From Eledone cirrhosa (lineage: Eukaryota), in assembly GCA_964016885.1 (NCBI GenBank), contig OZ024741.1:377580001-377644000 (forward strand): DNA of 64,000 bases, in the 5' to 3' direction. The stretch's first letter is position 1. Every line of letters starts with the position of its first letter. Of the stretch, positions 25,690-38,473 are shown piece by piece. A program made the translations under genes and the position numbers. The notes beneath the pieces are model-generated. The model was not told where the DNA came from. It saw only the letters and a program-made list of their open reading frames with translations, and searched no databases.

Positions 25690-28270
25690 AAACCAAGACC
25701 AAGAAATACAGGGTTGGTGTCCAGCGAGGAATAGCCGTGTCTCAAGGGGAGAACGATCTCTCTAGTCTTGGTTGAGACTCGTCCTGTGAGTGGTAACTCG
25801 AAATAATTACCCATTGAGAGTTAAGGATAAAACGCAACAATATAAATCCAATGCCAATTAATAAAATCTTATACCGGATCGGCCATCACCCGCGTCAACA
25901 AGGGCCACCCACCTCCCTGAGTAAACAAATCAGCTAATGGTTGAAACCTTCCCATAAACGGAATACTCCAAATGGTAGCCCTACAAGCTCACCACCAAGA
26001 AATAGAGGAAATGTTTAAGGGAAGAGAATAAAGAACTGCTTGAGGTTTTCTATACTGCCATGCACCACCCGTCAAATAGATCGAATGCAGAACAAACATA
26101 TGTCAACTGGAAAAAGGAACATCCTGAAAATAGACATTATATGGACAGTAACGAACTAGCTAATATACGAAGAAACATTGTTAACAAGTTGACAGAGAAA
26201 TTGATCAGTTCAAGTAATTTGCACAAAGTCAGCGAAAGGAAAATGAAATATGTGTCAGTGAAAACGAAGTAAATTGTAACACCTTAAATCTCAGGGTGGA
26301 CTCTGAATCACTGACAGCAACACAAATTAAAGAAAGGATCGAAAAAGTGGACGGAGCGCATGTTCATGATGAAACTCAAATGTGAAACAACACAGTTGGA
26401 TTGAAAAGTGTTTAGAGATTCTCAAAATAGTTCCCGTTTTCAGGATGTTCCTGTCATTGAATATGGAATTATGGAAAACAACACTCGTTTCGAACAGTGA
26501 AAAAATCATTGAAAGCTGGAGCAGTTGATATTAATTGTGGAATTGTTCGGGGTGATTCTTTATCAGTGTTTTATCCTGCATCGCATTTATACCATTAAGT
26601 AAAATGCTCAATGAAACAACACAAAACCCTTAATCACTTGTTATACATGGATGACCTGAAGCTATTTCCAAAAGAAGATGAGCAATAGCAAGGGCTATTA
26701 TCCACTGTGAAGTAGTTCAGTGATGATATTCAAATGGAGTTTGGACTAGATAAATGCATCGAAGCCATGGTTGTCAGAGGAAATTTACTGAGAAGTTCAG
26801 ACATTTATCTTGATCGGTGGGGATGTGATAAGAGAACTTGGTCAAGAAGAAAAATATAAATATCTAGGTGTTTGTGAAGGAAACGGAATCAAGCACTCGA
26901 CAATGAGGGAAAAGATAAGGAAGCAATGTTACCGTAGAGTAAGAGCAATCTTAAGAACGGAGTGGGAGGCAAAGAATAGGAGAGATGCCATAAACACACT
27001 TGCCATACCAGTAGTAACTTACACTTTCAATGTCATCAACTGGTCAAGCAGAAATCTGTAATCGCGATACAAAAATTACAAAATTCTTAACCATGCACAG
27101 ATTGCATCACCGTAAGGCAGATACATGTAGAATATATCTCTCTAGAAACGAAGGAGGATGTGGATTACTCCAGTTAGATATTTCTTTGAAAACTGCAACA
27201 ATTGGATTATCTACAACTCTAAGGGAATCACATGATTGGACGATAAAACTCGTTTTGAAACATGGAAGCAACAAAGATTATATTCTATTACAAAAGATGC
27301 GCAAAGATCCAGTAATGAACTACAGATTTCAGAAGTTCCTTTTACTGCGGAAATGAAAACCATAGAAAAAGCAAAGAAAGAAAAGTAACTGCAAAGAAAG
27401 AACTATTAAATAAACTAGCTAAGAAATGGCAAGAAAAGCCTCTGTATTGAAAATACCCAGAAAGAGTTAACAATTCTGATGTTGTGAAAACTTTAACCCA
27501 TCAGTGTTTGGCATGCTCTAGACTGAAATCAGATACTGAAGGACTGATTGTGTCTGTGCCTTCCAACAAAAAAAAAATGTGAAGCCAACATCATAAAAAA
27601 ATGGATGCCATCCATTATGCCGTGTATTTAAAAAATAATCAGACATCATTTATCATATAATCTCAATGTTCAGTCCTATAGCTCAAACCGAATACCTTAA
27701 CATGCACGTCAGAGTGGCACAATATATACATTGGGTAATGTGTAAGCATTTTTACCTGCCCCATCAAAAGAATTGGTGGGAGCATCAACCACCTCCCGTA
27801 CTTGAAAAAGATCACATCTCAATCTTGTGGAACTTTAGCGTCGAAACGCCGAAAAATAGATGCAAATAGACCTGATATAATACTGAAGGACTTTAAACAG
27901 AGGGTATGCCTGCTAATTAACGTGTCCGTTCCTATAGACAAGAATGTATCTATAAAAAATTTAGAAAGAGAGATTGGAAATGTGTCGAAGATTGTAAACT
28001 AAAACAATACAGTGGTTGTAGGTGCTCTAGGAATTATACCTAAAGGGTCTAATGATTACTTAACCCAAATCCCAGGAAAGAAATACAATCGATAGCACTA
28101 ATGGGAACTGCCCATATACTGAGGAAGATTCTGTCAATATAAGTATATCTTAAATGTAAACACCTAACGATACTTGTGTGTGTATCAATGTTTTAACATG
28201 GTGAACATTGTTGTCTCTTGAGGTCACTGGATGTGACTAGGTGATAACTCGTATAAACATAAATCAAGAT
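25690..28270 (+). mobile_element. R4/Dong-type RLE LINE, family 2, heavily decayed
   Basis: HLLYMDDLKL, YKYLGV, IYLSRNEGGCGL and ANRPDII. It starts after (AAT)n. The 3' end matches 55465-56220. Confidence 0.85.
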
Positions 28271-28282
28271 ATATAAAAAAAA

Positions 28283-29780
28283 TGGTTACTTTATTGTCCA
28301 CATGGGCTAACATAAGGAAGGACATTACAGACGGCACAGAACGGTACAGGACGATACAAGATGATTTCTTTATTAGCACCACTAGGCTCCCATTATGGAA
28401 ACATTAAAGCCGATACAGTACGAAATAGTGTGGGTTTTTCTTTCTGTGAAATAACATTTATAACAGAGACTAAACAAATAAATATTTAAAACAAACAACG
28501 AATTTTCCGAAGTTAAGGCGACTCTAAGATTGACTCGTGCAGAAATCACACAAAAGCCACGATCACCCTCTCCTCTACCAGTATTTCTACAGGCGTATAC
28601 GAAGGCAGCGCCATTCAGACGGACCATGCTCGCGACTCTCACCCACTTTTCAACAAACTGGTTGACAAGCACGAAGTATTGTACGTTTTGTTACTGCTAT
28701 TTTATGTGTGTGCGTGAATGTGGTGGTACTGGTCTTGCTGGTATTGTTTCGGTTGTGTGTGTTGTGAGTGCGGTGTATGTAGTTTCAGATGTTTCTGTGT
28801 GTATTTGTTCCTGCGTCTGCTTAGGTTGTTTGCGTTTGGGGGATTATGGTGATGGTGATGGTAATGGTGGTGTTGATGTTGGTGTTGTTGGGGAGATGTT
28901 TGCTTGGGTGGTGTTTGCATTTTTTTATTGTGGGTGTTTTCGTGCTTTGAGGAGATTTTTTTTTTGTGTCTTTTTTTGTTTGTTGGGGGGATTTTAGTTT
29001 TCAATCATCTTCACTACTGGAAGATAAGGGATCTGTGTTTGTAACTGTATCTGCGTCTGTGCGTGAGTTTATGTTGTTATTCATGTGTGTATTTGTGGGG
29101 GCGAATTTGACAACTTTTTTTCTTTCACCTCTGGTCGGTCAATGTTGGTGGTGGTGCTTCTATTGGCATTGTGCTGGTGGCTTTGCCGATGATGGTGTTA
29201 GTGGTGGTCCTCACCCCAGCGCCGGCAGAAGTCAAGCCCTTGCATCTTTCAGCAGTTGAGGGCAGAAGACTCGCAAATGAGATTTTTCTCCGCAAACGAA
29301 AGAATGCGGCCTTTGGCCGTCAATCATAATATGTATTACCGCCCCGTTCTGAAGACGGATGTGGTCCGGGATTTTTTTTTACATTCTGGAGAAGTATCTT
29401 CATGTCAAACACGGACCAGTCCTCTCTAGCAGTCCTTGTAACATATACCGGGATGGTATCTGTCCCCTCCACAATCCCACATTCCGGGAGCCACCATATA
29501 TCAAGTCTTAGTGGGAACCTGGGAAAATGCGGAGATTAGCTGTTATTTTCCCCTTGTGGGCGGGGTGCATTGTAACCTTGCTGTTTTTGTAATGGGTCAT
29601 TGCATGTTTCATAGCCAGGGCTTCTGACTTAAACAGCATCGAAATGGTGCCGTATTGTCTATCCCTCGCTACCTATTCGGTGTCATCCCTGATGCACCTC
29701 AGAGTGGCTTCAAAAAATTCAAATATTTGGGCCAACAACACCAAATATTTCACAGTCACACACTTACAGGGCAAAGACGG
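28283..29780 (-). mobile_element. Tx1-type LINE with ORF1 joined directly to the ORF2 C-terminus and 3' UTR
   Basis: ORF1 knuckle remnant FVCGEKSHLRVFC and Pro/Thr-rich tail, then a jump at about 28675 to NQFVEKWVRVASM and the 3' UTR with AATAAA. Confidence 0.75.
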
Positions 29781-29920
29781 AAGTGTTACGATCCTTTTCA
29801 AAGAATGAACAATTATTATAAATGAAAACGAACGGAAAATGTACTACTTTTGCGGAGCTCCGAAAACACGTCTTCACTGTTATACAGCCATTAATATTAA
29901 TATTAATATTAATAATAATA

Positions 29921-30435
29921 ATTGTTTCTACATTTTGCACAAGGCCAGCAATTATCCCGGTGCATTACTGGTACTTTATTTTATCAACGCCGTAAGGATC
30001 AAAGGCAAAGTTAACCTCGGCGGGATTTGAAATCAGACCGTAAATGACCGTATAGCATAGCGTTCGAACCGCTACCAATACTGCCAATCCAATAATAATT
30101 GTTTCTACTTTTAGCATAAGGCCTGCAAATTAACCAGTGCATGACTGGTACTTTATTTTAACGACCCCGTAAGGATGAAAGGCAAAGTTAACCTCGGTGG
30201 GATTTGAACTCAGAATCGCAAGGGCCGTAACTATGCGTCAAATCATGGCGTCCGACCCTCTACCGATACTGCCAATCCAATAATAATTGTTTCTACTTTT
30301 TGGCACAAGGCCAGCAAATACCCAGTGCATTACTGGTACTTTATTTTATCGACCTCGTAAGGATGAAAGGCAAAGTAAACCTCGGTTGGATTTGAACTCA
30401 GACTATAAAGGGCCGTAACTCTTTGCTGCAAAGCC
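29921..30435 (-). repeat. Head-to-tail trimer of the tRNA-derived SINE
   Basis: Units at 29921-30090, 30098-30278 and 30286-30435, joined by identical CCAATCC-AATAATA-ATTGTTTCTAC junctions. Confidence 0.9.
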
Positions 30436-30439
30436 CAAT

Positions 30440-32604
30440 AATAATAACACATTACAAGCACTACTTATAATTGTCTATATCTTAGATAATATGAATGGAT
30501 GGCCTCAGAAATAGCATGATAAATCATTGCAAAATATGTATAGAAATTTCTTTTCTCTGTAAATATCTTCCCAGAAATTTATTGAACCGAACCAATAAAG
30601 AAATATCTGTTAGATTCTAAGCCTGTGTTTCAGAGGAAAGTCAAGTGAAATAGCAGTTTGACAATGATAGCTCATAAAATGCAATGTTAACGTTAAAGGA
30701 CTTCGGTAATTCTATACTAAACAGATGTATATAAAATTCCATGTATGTCAGAGACTTGACAAAAATACAATGTGTTATGAACAATCACGATGCTAAATCA
30801 TGCCAAAAGCAGCAGGGGCTATTAGTATTTTCATCCTTTAACTGGAACACCTAGAATTCGCCAACTGCAGGGATGACAACGGCAGGGTGGAATATCCAAG
30901 GCGGCTACGTTTTCATGTGGACAGTACGTAGTCGTATGTTTGAATCCAAACATTTACACATATGTATTACGGAAGGAAAAATTGCAATTGAATGAAACTG
31001 GCGTGATTTGAGATAGAAAAGAACCATCTTGTATATACTTGATTATTTATAGATATATTAACACACAATTTTAAAACAAGATAAGGGATGCAATACCATA
31101 CATACATGAGATCAAGAACAAGATACAGTAAGCATACCCATGTACCCATTTAATTAATGCGCATGAAATAAGCATGTTAAGAAATATAACTAATAAGCGA
31201 GTCATGAGTTCTATCCCTCCCTGTAGATCATATTGTAGTCATAAAAATATGGTGAAATGTGATATTACTGTTGGGGGGGGGGGGTAAAGATTTGGAGTGT
31301 TTATATGAATTATATTACGTTAAATAATTGAATGGTTTTTCTCTGGGTAATATCTACGATGTGTATGTCTATCGAAGCAGCCCCCTCATGTATATAGGGA
31401 CAGTAGCCGTTTCTTGGTCTTAAATGAATTTGCTACAGTGTTATGGTTATCACCATCAGAAGTGTGTGTATCATTGGAGGTAACATTATATAAGCCATAT
31501 GTGTATTGATAGGATCAACTCGAGGTAGTTGACAGTTACCTTGACACTACCATATCTGAGTAAGTATTGTAGTCTCTGTATAGGCCCCGCTAGTACAGTT
31601 TTCTGGAGCTAACAATTCGAGAATTATTAACATGTCCTATATGAGAGCAATTTTAACGGGATATGCATGGGTCAAACATAGTCGAACATTGAGATTATTC
31701 CATAGCCAACGGTACGTTTGCATACACATTTCCCCAGATCAAACGTCCCTATTCGTATTTTGGGGTGCAGCTTGACGGCAATCACAGTAGCATTTGCGGT
31801 GACATATGACAGCTGATTAATCTCATCAATTGTCACCGGTTTTTCGTGTTCACCTCTGATTACATCTAGTACTTTGTTAGGTAGATTCTTCTATAGCTGA
31901 TGCATGGCTTTCGGTAATTTCTGGAGTTTTGTCCGACCTATCAAGCCCTGCCTTTTCAGAATCTGCCACTCACGCAGAATATCTCCCTTCATTGTCCAGA
32001 CAGCAGCATCAACCACTAAGCCTGATACCGAGGACAGACCGCACAATGAGCCACAGGTTGACAACACCAATGTATATGATAACATGTCACGACAAATATG
32101 GATCAGAGATGAAAGCAAAACAGTGGTGGCTGCGTACCATCCTGTTTTTATATTTTAGATATTGAAAAGGAGAAGTATAGGAAAATGTATCATGATCATA
32201 AGGTGTATCCTTCCTGTGAATATGACACACTATAGTGTGTTTGAAGAACGGAACAAGCACTTATCATTTTTATCTTAAAGCAACATCGAACAAATTAATG
32301 TTATCTCTATCCTAACTCCAGTGATTTCAGAAATCCATTGGTGTGTTGAGAATTTCATGTCTAATGAGGAATTACAACTTAGATAACCAGTGAAAGAATT
32401 CAAACACAATTCAGGGCTCATTCCAGACAATATTTCGAATTCAAAAATTGTTTTACAGTATTTCTCATCATTTTCCTGGCTAACATAATGATGAACACGG
32501 CTCATTTCTAACGTGTCCTTTACTGAAGTGTATGGTCCTATTGGGACGCAGTAACACATATCCCCTGTAATTTATCACCGGGCAAGAGAGAAATGAAGAG
32601 AGCT

Positions 32605-32645
<41 letters not shown>

Positions 32646-33420
32646 GAGAGAGAGGGGTATGACAACATGGAATGGGAGTCAGCTTAGATTACACCAGAAT
32701 TCTTGACATTAATCTTAATTTGAACGTGTCAATCAACATGAAGATCTGAAGGAAGGAAAAATTGGAAATTTGCAATTTTAAATACATGCCATGATAATTT
32801 TGACGGAGGTAGAGAAAGGTAATTCTGTATGTGCACTAAAGATGCTTTCTTATGATCAACATGGCTAGAAATATCGCGGAAATTCAACATACCTGCTTTA
32901 GAAAGTTGCTTCGCCTCCCATTCATTAAGCAAAAGAGGAAGAGCTTTTCCAGGTAGGAAAGCTACAATTATGGCCAAACGTCAAGACACTATAAAAATAT
33001 TGGCCAGTGTACTGTTGAAAAATGTGTACACTATTAATACAAAGAATATCCGGGTCCAACAACATGAAAGACCTTAAGCTTATAACTGAGCACAGAGAAC
33101 TGGTGATGGCTGACAGCCAGAAAGTTTGCAGAGGCATCACAAGGACTCGATGCCCAGTTGAGTAATCTAAGGCTACAGCACAAAGCACTACTCATGGGAA
33201 TGTGAAATGTCATCAATTGCAAACGCAAGTCTTTTTCAAAGCCAAATATCTACACATACTGGTATGTCTGTGACTTTATCGATCTATATTATACAAATGC
33301 CGGAATTAAGTTCGACTGAATTTCTCACAGAAAAGTTACTATATTTATTATCTTTGAATTATATCTGAGGACATGAATACTTAAATCGCTGAAATTTTAA
33401 AATATTAGAAAACATAATTA
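30440..33420 (+). pseudogene. Decayed family-B DNA polymerase, polymerase half (motifs A, B and C remnants), putative viral fossil
   Basis: Hand translation across frameshifts. Motif A: GRVEY/QGGYVF/GQYVVVCL-NPNI (30881-30954, lacking DFxSL). Pre-motif B: MCTLLIQRISGSNNMK...ELVMADSQ (33022-33120, LLxxR...D..Q). GIT at about 33133-33141. ATCTACACATACTGGTATGTC (33248-33268) is reconstructable to IYTDTDSV with small indels and one substitution. Confidence 0.5.
31775..32110 (-). mobile_element. R4/Dong-like LINE N-terminal fragment inserted in the polymerase fossil
   Basis: RTKLQKLPK...NKVL...TIDEINQLSYVTA, with nucleotide homology to 44340-44580. Confidence 0.55.
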
Positions 33421-33619
33421 ATAATCATCACATATGCAAGGTCAAGAGCACTGACTCGCCTACATATTACGTTGGTCCTAGAGCTATCCATATACTAGAG
33501 CTATCCATATACTAAACAAACCATTCAATATGTTCTCTCTCTTGCTTGCTTTCTTCCCCATCACTCTTTCTTTTCTCTTTCTCTTTCCCATCCCTGTGTT
33601 TTTGTTTCATTCTTTTATT

Positions 33620-36600
33620 CGTTAGAGCTCATCCTATATAATAAAATGTTGGAAGTCATCGGAGATATATGATGATTCTTTTCTTTCCCACCCAAAATAA
33701 TATGGCTAATTCATGAAATGAGTTTTTGAATTTCTCTCTGAAGTAGTTTACATCAAATAATGGTTGAATTCTGCTGGCCCAAAACACTGCTGGAAACATT
33801 TCATTGGACAATTTGGCTTGTTCACATCAAAACGTAAAAGTATAGTGCTTTTCGTATATTTCCTTCATCATTAATATATAGTGATCGCCTTTGATATTAG
33901 CAAAGGGAAGGCTCAAGCCTGCGGTTGATTGATACACAACTTGAATTTTTGCATTGTGACTATGAAATCAATTTGGCTATGTATCTTGGATGGATGAATG
34001 CAATTTATGCGATTTTACTTGCAGGAGCAGTGTTTTAAATAGTGTGAGTTTGTCGCTGACATCTAACTCTGAGTTTTGCAGCTCACAATCGCTGATGTTT
34101 GTTTCATCCCAGATAGCCTCAGTGTTCTTGCCCATTCCAGGATACATTAGCATTCTTGTCTCCCAAGAAGATGAGGACGACTTTCCATAAAACTGTGCAT
34201 TTCAAATAACATCAACTGCGTCATCGTGATATTCAAGTATTGAAGTTTCCATTTATATGATTTTAATGTTGCGGAAACTTGCATCAACCGGTCTGGTGAT
34301 GTGTCTGATAAATAATAGTGTTCAACTGATTACTAAACTTATTGTAGTTTGATTATTATGAATTATATAATATGTTCAGGATTGATGTCATGAACGCTGT
34401 ATCAGAGTTTTTCAACTTATTCCTTTCATATTTTCAATTAAATCTGAATTCATTGAACCCTAATAGATAACATGTGTATCTAGAACATTCTAGTGCAAAT
34501 TATGTACTACTTCCAGAAACAAGCAGAATACCAGCCTTCCATGTCACAGGATAGTGTTTTCTTTGAACTTCCTTTTTGAGTTCAATTGCCATTGGCCCAC
34601 TAGCAAATTGGTCAGCACTACCTTGGACGCATTTAGGGATGTGGATGTGGCCAATCTCTTCAAATTGAGCCTGTCAGCGGGTATTGGCGGGAAAGATTTG
34701 GAATTTGTAGGTAGGCTAAATTGTTACCCAAATTCCCTGTGAAACTTTAAAGGTACTACTATCGGGAATCAAGATAATTGCTATACCTGAATAGTCATAT
34801 ATGTATATATATATATCATATCATATATAACTGTTTCTACTTTTGGCACAAAGCCAGAAATTACCCAGTTTATTACTGGTACTTTATTTTATCGACCCCG
34901 TAAGGATGAAAGGCAAAGTTAACCTCGGCGGGATTTGAACTCACAATGGAAAGGGCCGTAACTCTTTGCGTATATCAATGATCAGTGCAAATTAAGCTTG
35001 TCATCTATGAAAATATTAAAGAAAACGTCATGCTCACTAAATTAAACAAACATATACGCCTTTACAGAAGAAATATTCCACCCAGCAAATCCAATATATC
35101 AACGTATCAATATTGGTTTAATAACATTTAATTTACAGTTTATTACTTCTGTTCATTAGACATCTTAAATCCATTTTATTTCTAGTTTATACTAAATGGT
35201 ATATTAACTAATATAGATCAAGTGATATTGAATGTATGGCCGTTTCTGGAATCTAGATTTGTTTTGCGGTATTAAGTTCATACTTTTCCATGATTACACA
35301 ACGCTGATCGGTCTTGATAATTGAAATAGTGATATACACGACAACAAATTTTTTTTTTCTCTCGATACGTTCCTTTCCTATTGGTAAAATAACTTCTCCA
35401 TTACTTTAAGGAGATAGAATTTGGGATAAATCTGGCACTATTTCAGGAAATTTAATACTAAATCCGCTATGATTAAAGACAACATTTGTGTAAGATTATA
35501 TCGGATTCCTTGCATTGATGTTTGTTAATGGAAGAGAGCTTTTAAAAATACAAAATATGTACCAGAACATCATTTGTTCCATTTCAATATAAATATCAGA
35601 TTCAAAAGCATATATTTTAGAAGAATCTAAAAAGGTTAGGGGCATCTAAATGCTAATCTATGTTATATAATAAATACACATGTAACGTTACTTTGCATTA
35701 ATGTTTGCTTACATATAACTTCAATATTTGAAGGATAAGTCTGTTAATATTCAGACTTTTTGCGATTGAAATCTATTATGTTGCAGTTTTGCATAATGTT
35801 ATATTTTAATTTGTTTTAGTTTATAAACATGTTTTGTTTTTATTTTTAGCCATATTATTAAATATTTGGGAAATGGTTCCTTTTTCTATACTCCCAATTC
35901 CTAGCTAAAAATTTGAAGAAAATGATCTTAGAAAGAACCACGAATCCATGAAAGTTAGTGCACCTGGGCTTAATAATCTAATGTTTTCTGTTTATATTCT
36001 TATAATATATACTAATTTGTTCTTTTTCCGTCTTTTTCTGAAGGCAAAACTTACATAGAAGGTTTCAACTGGAGCTGAAATAAAGATCTTACTTGATCAT
36101 CAAAATGAGGTAAAGATTAGGCAATAAAGATTTACTTTAAGTTTTTAATCAAAGTTGCTGTGAACATAGAAAGCTTTTAAGGAAAATCAATAACAACAAA
36201 TGATATTAGTCTACATTGTTTAACTTCTAATGGAAAATTTTTCGGTAGACTCAAAAGACAGATAAAACTTCAATAGTGGTTTCTTGATTTTACAATGAAC
36301 TTTGTGAAGTAAAAGTTTTCACATTCATTTATAGTATCTTAATTTTATTAGGAAAGCTTTTCTTGCAGTCTTTTTGTAACCCGTGAAACATTCATATTGT
36401 GTAACATGTACATTGTGAATATTTACCTAAATATTATTTTAATAATATATCAATCGATTAGATTTTGACAGTGAATCATATTCACTCAGGAATATAGTAG
36501 GATCTGAGGTTTTCTGGTGCATTTTCTTAGATTGTTCCAAACAATTTCTATCAACTCAAGTTAAAAACGTGCGCTCAATTATTTCCATCATATTATCTAA

Positions 36601-36900
36601 AAGTATATATTATATTACGTCATGAATGTTGACAATTTTATCGATTGGAGTATTTCCCCACTGGTCTTTAAAGATTATATTCGCTATATGTATGTATTCA
36701 ACTTCATTCAGAATGTTTCCCTCAGACATGTAAATATCCAGATATGTGTCATTGGGTGATGGTATTAATGGCCAAGTGAATTTCTGATAGAAGTTAGAAG
36801 TAGATTGTGAATGAAATTTCTTCCTTATATCTATATAAGAAGATCGGGGCTCATATATTTCACTCCCCTAGGTTTCCTGTAAGACCAATCAAAACCAAAC
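33620..36900 (-). pseudogene. Decayed family-B DNA polymerase, N-terminal and 3'-5' exonuclease half, putative viral fossil
   Basis: One frame from 36840 to 36178 gives NIIFKDQWG..NIHDVI*YIL (cf. Pol delta HIHGFAPYFY), VHVTQYECFTGYKKTARKAFLIKL (GYx7F) and FES...TM*TNIICCY*FSL (cf. MVDTDIVGCNWLEL). Downstream: ExoI-like TFMD...TISQI (35946-35863), ExoII FAGWNISS (about 35089-35066), LKRLATSTSLNASKVVL (34663-34614) and ExoIII-like Y...WKAGIL (34553-34524). Confidence 0.65.
34831..34972 (-). mobile_element. tRNA-derived SINE inserted in the polymerase fossil
   Basis: Same family sequence as 4958 and 29921. Confidence 0.9.
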
Positions 36901-37568
36901 ATGCAAATGTGTCATTAAAAAGCAGAAATTGTGGTCATTTTATAAACAATTATCACTTGAACCGTTCTGAACTTCACTATATTGGAAATATACAGTATGC
37001 CAAACTCTTGATGACATTCAAACAACAATCTACTCCGCCAATTGTTAAAATGACTCTACATATTATGCCGCTGGTAGAATATTTCATGTAATACCTAGAT
37101 AAGCAACACAGATACTACAATATAATCACATCAAGATCGCTACCACGCTGGCCTAGCTTACTTTATACTGATCAGTTTACTCGTCTTGAATTTACATATA
37201 TTTATTTCTAAACTAGTTAATCATTTCTAATCATACATTAATTAATTGCTAATCTAGTTAAATAATAATTATACATCAAAACCGACATTAGATGTATAAA
37301 GGGCTTGCTAATTTAGTATTACGTGATTGACAAATCACCCAATGTACTAAGTTGCCACTAAATACAATAGCAAATAGTCACGTAAATATTTACGTTCAGC
37401 CAGCTAAGCTTCAAATAAATAATTTTAATTTGAACTAACCCGGAGTGTTGTCGGTAAAACTCTGCTCAATATCTACTAGTTATTTTCATCTGAAACATGT
37501 TTTGTGACATAATCATTGATTATGATCGGCTTTCCTTAGAGACGTAATATTAAAAATAACAAATTAGT

Positions 37569-37607
<39 letters not shown>

Positions 37608-37724
37608 GGCAAACCGCCCGTCCCCCCACACACACCACCACCACCACCACCACGAGAGATGGTGGCAGGATGGATGAAGAAGCACGCACAGATACTTCTA
37701 AATGTCAGCAGCAGCAAGACATAG

Positions 37725-38152
37725 GCTGACCACAAAACTAACACCACTACCAAAATAAGGGTAGAGGTCAGATGTACTTAACAATAGCAAAAAAAACACT
37801 ACAGGGAGCCTCACCCCAGAAACAATTTCTATAGACGTTTGATTGACGAATGCTCTCAAAACTGACCAATGGGAGGAGTGACCTTACAAATGTTTCTAAC
37901 ATTGAGATTGGGTATAACACACACACGCATTTTATTTGATTATTTTATTTTGTTCCTTTACCATCTTATTCCTTTAACCACTTTATCATTTTGTTTTAGC
38001 TGACTCCAACACAAAAACCACTACCAACGTAAGAATAGAGGTCAGATGTACTTAACAATAAGAAGAACAACCACTACAGATTGCCTTGCTTCAGAATGAA
38101 TTTCTATAGATTTTTGACGGAGGAATGTTCTCACAACTGACCAATCAGAGGA
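37725..38152 (+). repeat. Diverged direct repeat (about 150-nt match, about 274-nt spacing)
   Basis: TAGAGGTCAGATGTACTTAACAATA and AACTGACCAAT each occur twice (37725-37878 and 37999-38152). Confidence 0.8.
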
Positions 38153-38299
38153 GAAGATGTCCTCTGACGCTGAAATTCGTTTGTTTAAATTCATAGTTTT
38201 CCAGTTCCTCAGTAAAACAACAACCCAACCAGGAACTGAGTATTGACAAAGTTAAACACCTCAACAACATGTGTACTCGTCTCTACCACACTAATTCGG

Positions 38300-38355
38300 A
38301 CTGCCTGAAGAGTGCCACAGCCAGAGATGGCTGTCACCGAAATATATATAGCAGT
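38300..38355 (+). ncRNA. Minimal type I hammerhead ribozyme, intact core
   Basis: ACTGC-CTGAAGA-[GTGCC-ACAGCCA-GAGA-TGGCTGT-CACC]-GAAA-TATATA-TA^GCAGT. Stem I is 5 bp and stem III is palindromic. Confidence 0.85.
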
Positions 38356-38410
38356 AATAAACGAAGCCCAATTTTAAACATTTGACTTATTTATTTTATT
38401 TTATTTTATT

Positions 38411-38473
<63 letters not shown>

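Noticed and set aside
32275-32977. Minus-strand ORFs 32275..32559 and 32729..32977 as host exons (AG at about 32566 after a CT tract)
   Set aside because: No recognisable protein. The pyrimidine tract is a (GA)n microsatellite, and both ORFs are the same-register antisense of the plus-strand frame that leads into the PolB motif B region.
33620-36900. Processed pseudogene of host DNA polymerase delta or zeta
   Set aside because: Similarity is confined to short motifs separated by long insertions, unlike the highly conserved animal enzymes. Not formally excluded without a search.
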